A stretch of 64,000 nt of DNA, taken from an uncultured bacterium. Its GTDB lineage: Bacteria; Bacillota; Clostridia; Christensenellales; UBA1242. The position numbers were made by a program, and so were the translations under genes. Each line of letters begins with the position of its first letter. Position 1 is the first letter of the stretch. Below are positions 63,205-64,000 of this stretch, piece by piece. Location of the stretch: positions 20,216 to 84,215 of the forward strand of contig CASXBC010000001.1 of the NCBI GenBank assembly GCA_949474265.1, written 5' to 3'. Below the pieces are notes generated by a model that made no database searches, was not told the DNA's origin, and saw nothing but the letters and a program-made list of their open reading frames with translations.

Positions 63205-64000
63205 TTATTTTGATTTAACTCTACCAAGGTCGATATTGTCGACATCACGAGGTTGAAGCTCTTTGACAGGGTTTTCTCCTTTTTCATGACGATAATCTTT
63301 GCCAAAGCGGTTTATGTGTTCGTCAATAACTTTGTGGCTGGCATTATCTTTCACAGGTTTGTTTACCTTTTTCTGATATGAGAAAAAGTCCGCTTTATCT
63401 TCAAGGTCGTTGATGTTTATATAGCCTTCTCTGTGAGCTGTGTTTTCAACTGTGTTTTTAAGAATTTTTCTGATATATTCAATGTTGGACTTAAACTTGA
63501 TAAGTTCTGGGAATTCTCCAACCGGGATGACTTCTTGCCAATCCTTCTTTTCATATTTTTTAAGGTTGTTCACTGATGCATGAAGGTGGGCGATTTCTTG
63601 TTCCAAAAGCATCTCCCAAATTCCTTTGATACGGGTGTCTGTTTCGTCGCACATCATCGAATAATAAAGATAACATTCAATATATTCGTGCATCAAACAC
63701 ATTTCAAACCAACTCGGATTTGGGTCGATGAGACTGCCATATTGGCTGACATGTTGCTCTTCAACCATACCAATTTCGGTGTAGAGTTCTCTTCCTTTTT
63801 GATTGCGGTAAAATGCACCAAGATTCATATAGTAGTTCATTGTTTGTTGCTCGGCAGCAGTGATGATATTTACTGCACAAACTGTAAATGGGTCAGCTTT
63901 CTTGTTTGAGATTGGATTCTTTACGCTGTCAAATGGATGACGGTGATGTGCTACTGTTGGTCTGCCAGGGGTTACGTCTGTGTAATTTCCAACATAATCC
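63205..64000 (-). CDS. Ferritin-like (ExxH diiron-type) protein, 5' end beyond the window
   Basis: The frame is open upstream of the track's Met (63840) all the way to position 64000 (...HHRHPFDSVKNPISNKKADPFTVCAVNIITAAEQQT-MNYY...). EEQH and EQEIAHL motifs. Confidence 0.6.
   Translation of the reverse strand, partial: DYVGNYTDVTPGRPTVAHHRHPFDSVKNPISNKKADPFTVCAVNIITAAEQQTMNYYMNLGAFYRNQKGRELYTEIGMVEEQHVSQYGSLIDPNPSWFEMCLMHEYIECYLYYSMMCDETDTRIKGIWEMLLEQEIAHLHASVNNLKKYEKKDWQEVIPVGEFPELIKFKSNIEYIRKILKNTVENTAHREGYININDLEDKADFFSYQKKVNKPVKDNASHKVIDEHINRFGKDYRHEKGENPVKELQPRDVDNIDLGRVKSK

Overview
Low-GC Bacillota-type chromosome segment spanning the replication origin; it reads cleanly with the standard genetic code. 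The core is dnaA, an oriC candidate and dnaN at 26.7-29.6 kb. To the left lie a divergent recF and a dcw-like block: a CvpA-domain fusion, rsmH, an FtsL-position gene and a class B PBP. To the right lie rpmH-rnpA-yidD-yidC, then mnmE-mnmG-rsmG-parA-parB followed by two perfect parS sites. Other housekeeping content: glyQS and aspS-gatCAB operons, each behind a T-box leader; an ABC-F ATPase; dCMP deaminase; rubrerythrin; tRNA-Ser(GCU); a cysK-like gene; a Y-family polymerase with a YolD-like partner; jag/khpB; a gmk-like kinase. The strongest lead is the first 12.9 kb. It looks empty in the ORF track but is one unterminated minus-strand ORF of at least 4,304 codons. It encodes an N-terminally membrane-anchored, beta-rich protein with a recurring GK-x-YY...YYE motif and no domain I recognise. 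Further leads: (1) two neighbouring genes (a GNAT and a hypothetical) each interrupted at a G8 tract where G9 would restore the frame; (2) a stand-alone Spo0A C-terminal-domain protein, with an identical 0A-box-containing 11-mer upstream of its own promoter and on the giant gene's promoter; (3) a translationally coupled pair of paralogs with Cys/His papain-like motifs; (4) an aspS-gatCAB T-box whose specifier reads AAC (Asn); (5) an adh-aldh-yhhN operon suggesting plasmalogen aldehyde handling; (6) twin 14-bp palindromes inside oriC; (7) a roughly 300-bp, >90% A+T spacer. No rRNA, CRISPR array, transposase or integrase was seen.
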